The position numbers and the translations under genes are program-made. This document shows, one piece after another, positions 8,908 to 20,614 of a stretch of 64,000 nucleotides of DNA. The stretch covers positions 128,042 to 192,041 of the forward strand of contig JAMOWA010000018.1 in assembly GCA_027061805.1 (NCBI GenBank), given 5' to 3'. Source of the DNA: Thermoanaerobaculia bacterium (GTDB taxonomy: Bacteria; Acidobacteriota; Thermoanaerobaculia; Thermoanaerobaculales; Sulfomarinibacteraceae). Each line of letters opens with the position of its first letter. Within the stretch, counting starts at the first letter, position 1. The notes beneath the pieces were generated by a model. It was not told where the DNA came from. It did not search any database and saw only the letters and a program-made list of their open reading frames with translations.

Positions 8908-10233
8908 ATGCCACACGTGCGGAGAGGCCTCGCGGCCGCGTTCCTCGGGCTGCTGCTGGTCGCAGCCGGATCGGGCCTGGCCCGGGAGAGGGCCCCCATG
9001 GACCCGCTGCTGCGCCTGCTGGTGCGGAAGGGGGTGATCACCCAGGAGGAGGCCGTGGCGCTGCAGGCCGAGTACGAGGCCGCAAAGCACGCTGCCACCG
9101 AATCCGCACGCGGCTCCGGGACCACCGCCCCCGCTCCGGTGGCAGCGCCGGCACCGGCACCGGCACCGGCAGAGAAGGCTTCCTGGACCGATCGCTTCAC
9201 GGTCAAGGGCGACCTGCGGCTCCGGTACGAGGGGTTCTCCAAGGAGGGTGCCTACGACGGCGACCGCCGGGACCGCTTCAGGATCCGGCTCCGCGCCGGG
9301 TTCACGGCCACGGTCACCGACTGGATGCTCGTTGGCCTCCAGCTCCGCAACGGGGATCCCGCCGACCCCGTCTCCAACAACACCAGCTTCGACGGGGCGT
9401 TCCAGTTCAAGGATTTCAACCTGGCCGAGGGGTACCTCCAGATCCGCCTCTCCAGGGGGTTCGGCCTCGTGGCGGGCAAGTTCGACGCGAAGAAGTGGTG
9501 GACCGTCACGGACATGCAGTGGGACGACGACGTCACGGTGGAGGGGATCATGACCGACGTGGACCTCCTCCGCGGTGATGGGGCCTTCCGGAAGCTGGAC
9601 CTGGTGGCCTACGGCTTCCTGCTGGAGGAGCTCAAGGGTGGCCCCGACGCCAACCTCTACGGCGGCCAGCTCCGCACGGCCTTCGCGCTCGGCGGGCACA
9701 ACACCGTCCACGCCGGTGCGGGCTTCGACTGGTGGGACAACCCCCGGCAGGTGGCGGACCTGACCCTCTCCGGCACGATCAGGGGCAACCCCGTCACGAA
9801 TCTCCTCGATGAGAACGACCGGCTCGTCAGCGACTTCGAGATCCTCAACCTCTTCGTCACCTGGACCAACTCGGCGAGCGCCACGTGGCCCGTGAAGCTC
9901 AGGCTCTTCTACTACAGGAACACCGGCGCGAAGGGCCCCGGAGCCGATCAGGACACGGCCTTCTTCGGCCGGATCCAGGTGGGTGATTCCACGAAGAAGG
10001 GCCAGGTGGCATTCCGGTACTCCTACTACGACTCGGAGCCGGATGCCCTCTTCTACGTCTTCACCCAGTCGGACACCGGCCGCGGCTCCGACGTGAAGGC
10101 CCACCGCCTGGACCTGCGGATCGGCGCCTGGGCGAGGAGCTACTTCAATCTCACCTGGTACAACACCCGCCCGCGGTACCGGGAGGACACCACGCTGAAC
10201 CGCTGGCAGGTGGACTACATCGTCAGGTTCTGA
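8908..10233 (+). CDS. putative outer-membrane beta-barrel porin (OprO/P-like)
   Basis: ATG 8908 after GGAGGGAGG. Signal peptide, N-terminal helical region (LLRLLVRKGVITQEEAVALQAEYEAAK), alternating beta-strand pattern, and C-terminal ...VDYIVRF. Confidence 0.6.
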   Translation: MPHVRRGLAAAFLGLLLVAAGSGLARERAPMDPLLRLLVRKGVITQEEAVALQAEYEAAKHAATESARGSGTTAPAPVAAPAPAPAPAEKASWTDRFTVKGDLRLRYEGFSKEGAYDGDRRDRFRIRLRAGFTATVTDWMLVGLQLRNGDPADPVSNNTSFDGAFQFKDFNLAEGYLQIRLSRGFGLVAGKFDAKKWWTVTDMQWDDDVTVEGIMTDVDLLRGDGAFRKLDLVAYGFLLEELKGGPDANLYGGQLRTAFALGGHNTVHAGAGFDWWDNPRQVADLTLSGTIRGNPVTNLLDENDRLVSDFEILNLFVTWTNSASATWPVKLRLFYYRNTGAKGPGADQDTAFFGRIQVGDSTKKGQVAFRYSYYDSEPDALFYVFTQSDTGRGSDVKAHRLDLRIGAWARSYFNLTWYNTRPRYREDTTLNRWQVDYIVRF

Positions 10234-10486
10234 CGCCCCACACGGGGATCCCTCGACCGATCGGACGGAAGGAATCCGACCATGACCGCACGGGAGCTGT
10301 ACCCGGTCTGAACCCTTCCCTCCCGGCCTGGCGCCGGGCGGAGACAGGACACGGCAGCGGCGTCCGGCCATGGGAAACGGCGACGGAAGCGGGTGCTGGC
10401 CATCGAGCGTGCATGATTCTCCCCTCTCCCCTGCACCACTGCTTCCCTTCACCTCTTCCCCCCGGCTCCCTGGCGGAGGGGCGGGC

Positions 10487-10526
10487 TTCACTCCTTCACC
10501 TCTTCACCTCTTCACCTCTTCACCCC
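10487..10526. repeat. five tandem copies of an 8-bp unit TTCACCTC
   Basis: TTCA starts at 10487, 10495, 10503, 10511 and 10519 (TTCACTCC, TTCACCTC x3, TTCACCCC). One more copy sits at 10448. The array ends 19 nt before the response-regulator start. Confidence 0.75.
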
Positions 10527-10544
10527 GGATGCTACTGTTGAACC

Positions 10545-11237
10545 ATGAGCGGCGAGCGCATCCTCGTGATCGAGGACGACCGGGACCTGGCGGCGGCCCT
10601 GGTGCGGGCACTGACCCGCGAGGGCTACGCCGTGGAGCACGCCGTCACCGGCCTGCACGGTCTGAAGGTGCTCTTCGACGCGCCCCCGGACCTGGTGCTG
10701 CTGGACCTCAACCTCCCGGACATGGACGGCCTGGCCGTGTGCCGCGAGCTCCGGCAGACCCCCGCGGTCCGGGACCTTCCGGTCATCATGCTCACGGCCC
10801 GGGCCGCGGAGGCCGACCGCGTGGCCGGGCTCGACCTCGGCGCCGACGACTACGTGACCAAGCCCTTCTCCCTCCGTGAGCTCATGAGCCGCATCGGAGC
10901 GCAGCTCCGCAGGCGCCGCCTGGATCTCGGGGTGCCGGACGACGTCTACCGCGACGCCAGGCTGGAGATCCGCCGGGAGTCCGCCCGCGTGACGCTGGAC
11001 GGCTCTCCTGTCCAGCTGACCTCACGGGAACTGGACCTCCTGTGGCACCTGCTCACGCGGCGGCCCCGCGTGATCTCCCGGGAGCAGATCCTGGAGCGCG
11101 TGTGGGGGCTCTCGGCCGACGTGGAGACCCGGACCATCGACGTCCACGTCAGATCCCTCCGGAAGAAGCTCGGCAGCGGTGTGATCGAGACGGTGATCGG
11201 CCGGGGATACCGGTTCGCGGGCTACCCGGGACCATGA
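10545..11237 (+). CDS. OmpR/PhoB-family response regulator
   Basis: REC domain (ILVIEDD, LLDLNLPDMDG, YVTKPF) plus a winged-helix output (LTSRELDLLWHL, GRGYRF). Confidence 0.9.
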   Translation: MSGERILVIEDDRDLAAALVRALTREGYAVEHAVTGLHGLKVLFDAPPDLVLLDLNLPDMDGLAVCRELRQTPAVRDLPVIMLTARAAEADRVAGLDLGADDYVTKPFSLRELMSRIGAQLRRRRLDLGVPDDVYRDARLEIRRESARVTLDGSPVQLTSRELDLLWHLLTRRPRVISREQILERVWGLSADVETRTIDVHVRSLRKKLGSGVIETVIGRGYRFAGYPGP

Positions 11238-11485
11238 TCCGCAACCTGTTCGTGGTGGTGGCCGCATCCCTGCTGCTCCTGGTGGCGGTGGTGATGTCCA
11301 CCGCCGGGCATGGCCCCCGGGCGGTGGCCGGCGGGGTGCTGCTGTGGGCGCCGGGCATCGGCCTGGCCATCGTCAGGCACCTGGTCCAGCGGCTGGGGGG
11401 CACCGTGGACCTGGACTCGCGGGAGGGTGTGGGCACCCGGGCCCGGGTGGCCCTCCCCACGCCCAAGGGCGGGGACCCTCCTTGA
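11234..11485 (+). pseudogene. remnant of the cognate sensor histidine kinase (internal deletion)
   Basis: ATG overlaps the regulator stop (ATGA). The 83-aa product is one TM helix joined directly to the extreme C-terminus of an HATPase_c domain (GIGLAIVRHLVQRLGGTVDLDSREGVGTRARVALP). HisKA and most of the ATPase domain are absent. Confidence 0.55.
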
Positions 11486-11561
11486 GGCCATGGCCCGCCG
11501 CGGGATATCCTTCCTCCTGGCACCGTGACGGCGGGCCGGCCGTCACAGATGCGGGAGGACG

Positions 11562-13658
11562 ATGAGCCGGGACGAGGAACTCCGCTTCGAACCGGGCGGC
11601 GAGCGGCCCGCCGCCCTCGAGCCGCGGGAGTGGCTCCTCCTCGGCCTGGTGATGGCCTTCTACCTGGCCACCAGGCTGTGGAGGATCGAGCACTTCCCGG
11701 TGAGCTTCCTCTGCGACGAGGCCATCCAGCCGGTGCTGGCCCGCGACCTGGTGACCCACCACTTCCGGGATGCGGGGGGGACCCTGCTCCCGGCCTACTT
11801 CAAGAACTTCTTCAAGTGGAGCCTCGGCCTGTCGGTCTACCTCCATGCGGTGACCGTCTCACTCTTCGGCACGTCGGTCCTCGTGACCCGGGCCACCTCT
11901 GTGGCCGTGGGCGCCCTGGCACCCGCCGCCGTCGCGCTCACCCTCAGGGTGGTGTTCCGCTCCGCGCTCTGGTGGTCGGCCCCCCTGGTCATGGGCCTCC
12001 TCCCCGTGTGGTTCCTGCACTCGAGGATGGCCTACGAGGCCGTGATGGCCACGGGTTTCTGGGCGGTGTTCCTCCTGGCCTACCTGCTCTACAGGCTCGG
12101 CTCGCCGCGGTGGCTCCCCCTGGTGGTGGCCTCGGGCGCCGCCACGTTCGCCACCTACACCAACGGGCAGGGCCTCGTGGCGTTCTGCGGCCTCGTGCTC
12201 GCCGTGGTGGACTGGCGGTACCACCTGGGGGTCCTCCGGGAGCACCGCCGCGTGGCCGCGGGCGCGGTCCTGCTCGCGCTGGTGCTGGCCGTGCCCTACC
12301 TCCGCTTCCGCCTCGTCGACCACCCCGAGGCCTTCGAGGGCATGCTCCGGGACGTGCACTCCTACTGGATCGACGACATTCCGCTCGGGGAGAAGCTCCA
12401 CCGGTACACCGCCAACTACCTGGAGGCCCTGGGGCCCCGGTACTGGTTCGTGGACGACCCCGACCGCCTGCCACGCCACCGGATCCCCGGGTCGGGGCAT
12501 CTCCCCCTGTGGCTGGCGCCACTCGTGGCACTGGGCCTGGGGCTCTGCGCCTGGCGCTGGAGGTCGCCTCCCCACAGGACCGTCCTGGTGGCCACCCTGG
12601 CAGTCCCCTTCGCTCCCGCCGTCGCGGAGATCACGACGCCCCGCGTCCTGGCCATGGTGGTCCCCGCCACGCTCCTGGCCCTGCTGGGGGCCGACCTGGT
12701 CTGGCGCCATCTCCGCCGGCGGGTTCCGGAGGGCCTCCCCCGCCGGGTGCTGGCCGCGGCAGCCGCCGTGGCCCTGGCCGCGCCCACCGTGGCCCTGGCC
12801 CGCCGGGCCGTCAGGGAGGGCCCCACCTGGTGCTCCGACTACGGCCTGTACGGCCTGCAGTGGGGCGCCCGGGAGGTCTTCGGGGCCATCCGCGAGGAGC
12901 TCGAGGCCCGGCCCCGGGAGCGGATCCTCCTCTCCCACGGCTGGACCAACAACCCCGACGCCTTCGTCCGGTTCTTCCTGGATCCGTCGCTCCAGGGGCG
13001 GGTTCGCCTGGTGGGACCGGGTGACCACCTGCGGGACTTCATCCCCTTCGACAGCGGCGCCGTGTACGTGATCACCGGGGAGGAGTACGGGATGCTCCGG
13101 CGGGACCCCAGGATCGTGTGCTCCCCACCGCGGAGGATCGTCCCCCGCCCGGACGGCCGGCCGGGATTCGTCTTCCTCCACCTGGCCTATGCGCCCGATG
13201 CCCGGGAGATCTTCGCCAGGGAGGAGGCCGAGCGGCGGCGGCCCCGGAGGGACACCGTGACGGTGGGCGGGGAACGCTGGACCGTGGTCCACCCCTCCCT
13301 GGACATGGGCAACGCCGCGGCCCCCTTCGACGGCAACCCCGACACCGTGGCCCGGACCGACCGCACCGACCCCGCCGTCTGGACCATCGAGCTGCCCACC
13401 CCACGGCCTGTTGCGGGGGTTCGCCTGGGGCTGTTCATCAGGGAGTACGACATCCGGCTGGAGGTCCACGGAGAGGACGGGCGGACGGCGGAGGTCCGGC
13501 GATCCTTCCACGATCTGCCGGAGTTCCCCGTGGTCACCCTCCGCCTCCCCGAGGCCGTTCCCGACGCCGTGTGGATCCGCGTGACCATCGACCGGCTGGA
13601 CTGGGACGATCATGTCCACCTCAGGGAGCTGGAGCTCCTGGGACCGGAGGATCCGTGA
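11562..13658 (+). CDS. GT-C fold glycosyltransferase (family 39 / ArnT-PMT-like) with a C-terminal beta-sandwich domain
   Basis: GGGAGGA SD. About 10 TM helices; N-terminal loop FLCDEAIQP is DE-motif-like. The soluble C-terminal region carries FDGNPDT, reminiscent of discoidin domains. Confidence 0.7.
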   Translation: MSRDEELRFEPGGERPAALEPREWLLLGLVMAFYLATRLWRIEHFPVSFLCDEAIQPVLARDLVTHHFRDAGGTLLPAYFKNFFKWSLGLSVYLHAVTVSLFGTSVLVTRATSVAVGALAPAAVALTLRVVFRSALWWSAPLVMGLLPVWFLHSRMAYEAVMATGFWAVFLLAYLLYRLGSPRWLPLVVASGAATFATYTNGQGLVAFCGLVLAVVDWRYHLGVLREHRRVAAGAVLLALVLAVPYLRFRLVDHPEAFEGMLRDVHSYWIDDIPLGEKLHRYTANYLEALGPRYWFVDDPDRLPRHRIPGSGHLPLWLAPLVALGLGLCAWRWRSPPHRTVLVATLAVPFAPAVAEITTPRVLAMVVPATLLALLGADLVWRHLRRRVPEGLPRRVLAAAAAVALAAPTVALARRAVREGPTWCSDYGLYGLQWGAREVFGAIREELEARPRERILLSHGWTNNPDAFVRFFLDPSLQGRVRLVGPGDHLRDFIPFDSGAVYVITGEEYGMLRRDPRIVCSPPRRIVPRPDGRPGFVFLHLAYAPDAREIFAREEAERRRPRRDTVTVGGERWTVVHPSLDMGNAAAPFDGNPDTVARTDRTDPAVWTIELPTPRPVAGVRLGLFIREYDIRLEVHGEDGRTAEVRRSFHDLPEFPVVTLRLPEAVPDAVWIRVTIDRLDWDDHVHLRELELLGPEDP

Positions 13659-13716
13659 GCGGGGAGGGGATGCTACCCTCGGCCATCGGGAGAACCCCTC
13701 AGGAGAGGACAGGCCC

Positions 13717-15366
<1,650 letters not shown>

Positions 15367-15719
15367 ACGGGACGGAGAAGGAGAGGGTGCACGGCCCGCT
15401 TCCCGGCACGGAAGAGGGACCCGGGACTCCGGCCTCCCCCTCTCCACGCCTCAACCTCGCCATGGAAGCCGCCACCATCGCACTGGCGCCGGCCCGTGCC
15501 GTTCCTCCACCGCTGAGGCCCACTGCCGACCAGCTGATCCGCGCTGTCAGCTTGGTGTCCGCCAACCTCGCCGACGGCCACGGCAGAACCGGAAGAGACC
15601 GTGACCACCACCGGCGCATCGCCTGCGCCTCCGCAAGGGAGGCCGACATCCACCCCCGTCGCCTCCTCCTCGGCGCCGCCCCAACGCCCGTCGGGGCAGG
15701 TCTCCAGCGGGGCCTTCGA

Positions 15720-15748
15720 TTGACAGCAGCGCCGCCATGTGCTAGAAC
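15720..15748 (+). promoter_or_regulatory. candidate sigma-70 promoter for rplU-rpmA
   Basis: TTGACA (15720-15725), a 17-nt spacer, then TAGAAC (15743-15748), 26 nt before ATG 15774. Confidence 0.35.
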
Positions 15749-15773
15749 ACGCGTTCCTGAGGAGAGGTGTGCG

Positions 15774-16097
15774 ATGAGCGATTATGCGATTGTGGAACAT
15801 GGCGGCAAGCAATACCGGGTGGCCCCCGGCGACGAGCTCCTGGTGGAACGGACCGAGCCCGACCTGAAGAACGGCGACAGCCTCCTCTTCGAGCGGGTGA
15901 TGGCCGTGAGCACCGGAGGCGACGTCCGGTTCGGGGACCCCGTGGTGGAGGGTGCGCTGGTGAAGGCCCACGTGGTGCGTCCCGAGCGGGGCGAGAAGGT
16001 GATCGTCTTCAAGAAGAAGCGGCGCAAGGGCTACAAGCGGACCCAGGGCCACCGGCAGAACTACTACCGCGTCCAGGTGGACGCCATCGAGGCCTAG
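15774..16097 (+). CDS. rplU: 50S ribosomal protein L21
   Basis: [16 protein letters not shown]... with [16 protein letters not shown]. Uses the internal ATG of track ORF 15387..16097. Confidence 0.95.
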   Translation: MSDYAIVEHGGKQYRVAPGDELLVERTEPDLKNGDSLLFERVMAVSTGGDVRFGDPVVEGALVKAHVVRPERGEKVIVFKKKRRKGYKRTQGHRQNYYRVQVDAIEA

Positions 16098-16105
16098 GGG
16101 GGATC

Positions 16106-16363
16106 ATGGCACACAAGAAGGGACAGGGCTCCAGCCGGAACGGCAGGGACTCCCAGGCCAAGCGGCTCGGAACGAAGGTGGGCGATGGCCAGACGGTCAC
16201 CGCCGGTTCCATCCTCGTGCGCCAGCGGGGCACCCGCTTCAAGCCGGGGGTGAACGTGAAGCGTGCCGGCGACGACAGCCTCTTCGCCACGGTCGAGGGC
16301 ACCGTGAAGTTCGAGAACAGGGGCCGCCACGGCCGGTTCATCAGCGTCCATCCCGCCTCCTGA
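16106..16363 (+). CDS. rpmA: 50S ribosomal protein L27
   Basis: [24 protein letters not shown]...[15 protein letters not shown]. Confidence 0.95.
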   Translation: MAHKKGQGSSRNGRDSQAKRLGTKVGDGQTVTAGSILVRQRGTRFKPGVNVKRAGDDSLFATVEGTVKFENRGRHGRFISVHPAS

Positions 16364-16381
16364 GTCAGCCCGACCGGGTTC

Positions 16382-17401
16382 ATGTTCATCGACTCCGCGC
16401 GCATCACGGTCATCGCGGGCCGCGGGGGCAACGGGTGTGTCTCGTTCCGGCGTGAGAAGTACGTTCCCCGCGGCGGACCCAACGGGGGCGACGGGGGCCG
16501 TGGCGGCAGCGTGATCTTCCGGGTGGAGGAGGGCCACAACACCCTCCTCCACATCCATCACCGGAGGGTGGTCCGCGCCGGGCGCGGCCAGCATGGCCAG
16601 GGCTCCAACAAGACGGGCGCCAGCGGCAAGGACCTGGTGGTGCCCGTGCCGCCTGGAACCGTGGTCCGGAACGCCGCCACCGGCGAGGTGCTCGGCGACC
16701 TCGTGGAACCGGGCCAGGAGCTGGTGGTGGCCCGAGGGGGCCGCGGGGGACGGGGCAACGCGCGCTTCGCCACCTCCACCAACCGGGCCCCACGCCACGC
16801 CGAGGAGGGCGCCCCCGGCGAGGAGCTCGAGCTCGAGCTCGAGCTGAAGCTGCTGGCGGACGTGGGGCTGGTGGGGCTCCCCAACGCCGGGAAGTCCACG
16901 CTGCTCTCGCGGCTCTCGGCCGCCCGTCCCAAGGTGGCCTCCTACCCCTTCACCACGCTGGAGCCCCACCTCGGCGTGGTGCGGATCCCGGGCAGCTCCT
17001 TCGGAACGCTGGTGATGGCGGACATCCCCGGGCTCATCGAGGGCGCGCACCAGGGCGCGGGGCTGGGGCACCAGTTCCTCCGCCACGTGGAACGGTGCCG
17101 GGTGCTGGCCCACCTGGTGGACCTCTCGGACGAGCAGCCGATGGAGCGGCGGGTGGAGGCCATCCTCGGGGAGCTCGAGGCGTACGACCCGGAGCTCGCC
17201 CGGCGTTCCTGGATCCTCGTGGGGACCAAGGCGGACGCCGTGGATTCCGCCGCCCGTCGTGAGATCATGGAGGAGCTGGAGGCGCTCGCCCGGACCTGCG
17301 GTGTGGACTCCGTGACGATTTCCGCCGCCACGGGCGAGGGGCTCGATGAGCTCGTCCACCGGCTGGCCGGGATGGTCGAGGAGGAGAAGGGAAAGACCTG
17401 A
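16382..17401 (+). CDS. obg: GTPase Obg/CgtA
   Basis: Obg fold [27 protein letters not shown] and [15 protein letters not shown]-domain motifs GLPNAGKST and DIPGLIEGA. Confidence 0.95.
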   Translation: MFIDSARITVIAGRGGNGCVSFRREKYVPRGGPNGGDGGRGGSVIFRVEEGHNTLLHIHHRRVVRAGRGQHGQGSNKTGASGKDLVVPVPPGTVVRNAATGEVLGDLVEPGQELVVARGGRGGRGNARFATSTNRAPRHAEEGAPGEELELELELKLLADVGLVGLPNAGKSTLLSRLSAARPKVASYPFTTLEPHLGVVRIPGSSFGTLVMADIPGLIEGAHQGAGLGHQFLRHVERCRVLAHLVDLSDEQPMERRVEAILGELEAYDPELARRSWILVGTKADAVDSAARREIMEELEALARTCGVDSVTISAATGEGLDELVHRLAGMVEEEKGKT

Positions 17402-18072
17402 TGGGCAGGATCGCCGTGTACGGAGGCAGCTTCGACCCGTTCCACCTGGGGCACCTCATCCCGACGGTCCGGGCGCTCGAGACCTTCCACTTCGACGCCG
17501 TCCACTTCGTCCCGGCCGGGCGTCCGCCGCACAAGGAGGACGAGCCCCTCACGCGGGTGACCCATCGGCTGGTGATGGTGGCCCTGGCCACGCTGCCCTA
17601 CGAGCGCTTCTTCGCCTCCGACCTCGAGGTGTTCTGCACGGGTCCGACCTACACGGTGGAGACGGTCCGCCACTTCCGCGACCGGTACCCCGACGACCAC
17701 ATGTACTTCCTGCTGGGCTCCGACTCCTTCTCGCAGATCGCCACATGGCATCGCTGGGAGGAGCTCGTGGAGCTGGCGAACCTGGTGGTCCTCCACCGGG
17801 CCCACATGTGGAACGACAACCTGCGGTCCAGGGTGCCCACCGAGCTCCTGCCGAGGATCCAGGTGGTCCCGCCCTTCGCCGAGGTGCCGGACCCCGAGGG
17901 TCCCACCATCTACCTCCTGGACCACGAACCCTTCCCCATCTCCGCCACCTCCATCCGGGAGCGTCAGCGGCTGGGCCTCCCCATCCGGGAGCTGGTGCCC
18001 CACGAGGTCTACACCTACATCGAGCGGTACGGGCTCTACCGCCGCGAGGAAGGACACCCCGGGACATGCTGA
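17401..18072 (+). CDS. nadD: nicotinate-nucleotide adenylyltransferase
   Basis: GGSFDPFHLGH and PPHK motifs. A 1-nt overlap with the obg stop (TGATG). Confidence 0.9.
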   Translation: MGRIAVYGGSFDPFHLGHLIPTVRALETFHFDAVHFVPAGRPPHKEDEPLTRVTHRLVMVALATLPYERFFASDLEVFCTGPTYTVETVRHFRDRYPDDHMYFLLGSDSFSQIATWHRWEELVELANLVVLHRAHMWNDNLRSRVPTELLPRIQVVPPFAEVPDPEGPTIYLLDHEPFPISATSIRERQRLGLPIRELVPHEVYTYIERYGLYRREEGHPGTC

Positions 18073-18449
18073 CCGACGACGTGACCACCCTGCTCCGCGA
18101 GGCCGCCGCCGCGGCCGTGGAGAAGAAGGCGTTCCAGGTGACGGCCCTGGACGTGACGCCCATGACCTCGCTGGCGGACTCCTTCCTCATCTGCTCGGGA
18201 GCCCACGAACGCCAGGTGGGCGCCATCGCCGATGCGGTGGTCCGCAGGCTGAGGGACGCCGGGTTCCGGCCGCTCCACGTGGAGGGCGAACGCCGGGCGG
18301 AGTGGATCCTCCTGGACTACGGCGACGTGGTGATCCACGTCTTCACCGAGGAGCGGCGGAGCTTCTACGCCATCGAGTCGCTGTGGGGCGAGGCGGAGCG
18401 GCTCCCGCCCGAGAGCCTCGGCCTCGAAGCGGCCGGCACCCCTGAATGA
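18066..18449 (+). CDS. rsfS: ribosome silencing factor RsfS
   Basis: ATG 18066. ADSFLICSGAHERQVGAIAD and WILLDYGDVVIHVF motifs. Conserved nadD-rsfS-rlmH order. Confidence 0.85.
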   Translation: MLTDDVTTLLREAAAAAVEKKAFQVTALDVTPMTSLADSFLICSGAHERQVGAIADAVVRRLRDAGFRPLHVEGERRAEWILLDYGDVVIHVFTEERRSFYAIESLWGEAERLPPESLGLEAAGTPE

Positions 18450-18928
18450 AGATCCGTGTGATCTGGTTCGGCCGCCCGGGGGCCAGCCCCCACGAGGAGC
18501 AGGTGGAGTCCTACAGGGTCCGGGTGTCCCGGCGCTGGCCCGCCGAGGATCTCCCGGTCCGCCCCGCGGCCGGCGGCCGTGGGGCCGACCCCCGGCGGAC
18601 CCTGCGCCGCGAGGCCAGGTCCGTTCTCGAGAGGATTCCCGCGAACTGGAAGATGGTGCTCCTGGACGAGCGGGGTGAACAGCTCGGAAGCGAGGCCCTG
18701 GCCGGGCTCCTGCAGGCCGAGGAGACCTCCGGAACCCCGGGGCTCGCGTTCGTGGTGGGAAGCGACCTCGGCCTCGACCCCTCCCTCGGCCGGAGGGCCT
18801 GGAAGAGAATATCCCTCGGTCCCCTGACGTTGCCCCATCTGCTGGCGCGCCTGGTGCTCTGGGAGCAGCTGTACCGTTCGGCCGACATCCTCGGGGGTGG
18901 GTCGTACCACCGGCGCAACGTACAATAG
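18446..18928 (+). CDS. rlmH: 23S rRNA (pseudouridine1915-N3)-methyltransferase RlmH
   Basis: SPOUT family: MVLLDERGEQLGSEALA, FVVGSDLGL and LTLPHLLARLVLWEQLYR. Confidence 0.85.
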   Translation: MKIRVIWFGRPGASPHEEQVESYRVRVSRRWPAEDLPVRPAAGGRGADPRRTLRREARSVLERIPANWKMVLLDERGEQLGSEALAGLLQAEETSGTPGLAFVVGSDLGLDPSLGRRAWKRISLGPLTLPHLLARLVLWEQLYRSADILGGGSYHRRNVQ

Positions 18929-18954
18929 GGGGGTGGCACCGGGAGGGCCATGAG

Positions 18955-19323
18955 ATGAACAAGAAACAGCTGAAACACTACCGCGGGCTGCTGGAGACCA
19001 AGCGCGGCGAGCTCGTGGATCGCGTCCGGGCGGCACGGAACACCGAGACCCAGGGGCCCGGCGAGGACGCGCCGGACCTGGGGGACAGGGCACTCACCAC
19101 CACCACACGGGAGATGTCGTACCGGCTCTCGGCCGAGGAACGGGTGATCCTGAAGAGGATCGACAAGGCGCTCCAGCGCATGGAATCGGGCACCTACGGA
19201 ACCTGCCTCAACTGCGGAGGGAAGATCCAGACCGGCCGGCTGGAGGCCGTGCCCTGGGCCCGGTACTGCATCGAATGCCAGGAGCTCCTCGACAGGGGGG
19301 AGATCCCCGACCTGGACCCGTGA
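18955..19323 (+). CDS. TraR/DksA-family zinc-finger protein
   Basis: Coiled-coil N-terminal region followed by CLNCGGKI...ARYCIECQ, a four-Cys zinc finger. Confidence 0.8.
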   Translation: MNKKQLKHYRGLLETKRGELVDRVRAARNTETQGPGEDAPDLGDRALTTTTREMSYRLSAEERVILKRIDKALQRMESGTYGTCLNCGGKIQTGRLEAVPWARYCIECQELLDRGEIPDLDP

Positions 19324-19380
19324 GCACCTTCCGTCCCGATCCCGCCCCCCCCTCTGGCGGAGCACCCCGGGTGGTGCGCC

Positions 19381-20583
19381 GTGACTGAGCAGAACCGGCT
19401 GGTCCTGCTGGCGTGCCGCGACGACTTCCTGCTGGACGAGGCCGTGGACGAGGCCGTGTCCGCGGCGGCCGACGCCCTCGGCGGCGCACCCACCGTGGAG
19501 CTGGGCGTGGACGTGACACCCGCCCGCACGGCCGGCGAGGTCCAGACCCCCTCTCTCTTCGATCCCGAGCGGGTCCTGGTGATCCGGGACGTCCGCCACT
19601 GGCTGGACACGACCCTCCCCCCCGGGGGGGATCCCGACCGGCCCCACGCCGACCCGGCCCCCCTGGTGGAGGTCCTGCGCTCCGGTCTGCCCCCCGGCGT
19701 CGCCCTGGTGATGGGGGCGTGGTGTGGCAGGGAGCCCCGGGGCCCCCTGGTGGACGCCGTGAAGGCCGCGGGACGCTACGAGTACGTGACCCTCCCGGCC
19801 ACCCCCAAGCCCTGGGAGGACGTGGCCGTCTCACGGGAGGAGGCGGCGGTGCTCCGGGGCATCCTCCGCCGCCGGGCCCCGGAGGTCCGCCTGGAGCGGG
19901 ACGCCGAGTCGCTGCTCTTCTCCCGGCTGGGCTTCTCGCCCCGCCTCCTGCTCGCCGAGGTCACCAAGCTTGCCACCGCCGCCGGGGACGGCCCCATCAC
20001 GGAGGACCTGGTCCGGCGCCTCAGCTTCCCCAGGGAGCGTTCCCTGGAGGTGGTCCGGGACGCCGTGGACGCCCGGGACCCCGCCCCCCTGGCCGATCTC
20101 CTGGAGGCCGCCGGCCGGGGGGTCCCCGTCCGCGACTGGCAGGGGCGCACCGTGGACGGGACCGGCGTGGCCATGGTGGTCACCGGCCTGGTGGCCGCCC
20201 GCCTCGCGGACCTGCTCCTCATCCGGCGCATGATGGTCCGGGCGGGCCTCGAGGAGGACCTGGACTCCCGGAGGAACCAGCACCGGGACTGGTACAACCG
20301 GAGCTTCAGGAAGGGGTCGGGTCCGCGCCTCCAGAAGCTGCTCGCCGCCAGCGGCGCCATGGGGGGACGCTCCCGGAAGATCCCCTCCCCGTGGGCCCTC
20401 GCGGGAATGGTCCGGGGAGCGTCACGGTACACCGAGCGGGAGCTGGTGACGGCTCTGGCCGGGCTGGGGCGCCTGGAGGTCCAGCTCCGCAGCAAGGCCG
20501 TCACCGAGGGTCTCGCGGCCTGGCTCGCCGCTCTCCTGTGTGCTCCCGGACACGCGGAGACCCGCCCCCCGGCAGGACGGTGA
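19381..20583 (+). CDS. holA: putative DNA polymerase III delta subunit
   Basis: GTG start. N-terminal LVLLACRDDFLLDEAVDEAV and SLFDPERVLVIRDV resemble HolA domain I. The assignment rests on weak motifs only. Confidence 0.55.
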   Translation: MTEQNRLVLLACRDDFLLDEAVDEAVSAAADALGGAPTVELGVDVTPARTAGEVQTPSLFDPERVLVIRDVRHWLDTTLPPGGDPDRPHADPAPLVEVLRSGLPPGVALVMGAWCGREPRGPLVDAVKAAGRYEYVTLPATPKPWEDVAVSREEAAVLRGILRRRAPEVRLERDAESLLFSRLGFSPRLLLAEVTKLATAAGDGPITEDLVRRLSFPRERSLEVVRDAVDARDPAPLADLLEAAGRGVPVRDWQGRTVDGTGVAMVVTGLVAARLADLLLIRRMMVRAGLEEDLDSRRNQHRDWYNRSFRKGSGPRLQKLLAASGAMGGRSRKIPSPWALAGMVRGASRYTERELVTALAGLGRLEVQLRSKAVTEGLAAWLAALLCAPGHAETRPPAGR

Positions 20584-20614
20584 TCCGGGCGCACGGATCC
20601 GGGTTACACTGGGA

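Noticed and set aside
10441-10530. Short direct repeats considered as a mini CRISPR array
   Set aside because: The 8-bp units are directly abutting with no spacers, and no cas genes are present. This is a microsatellite or operator-type array.
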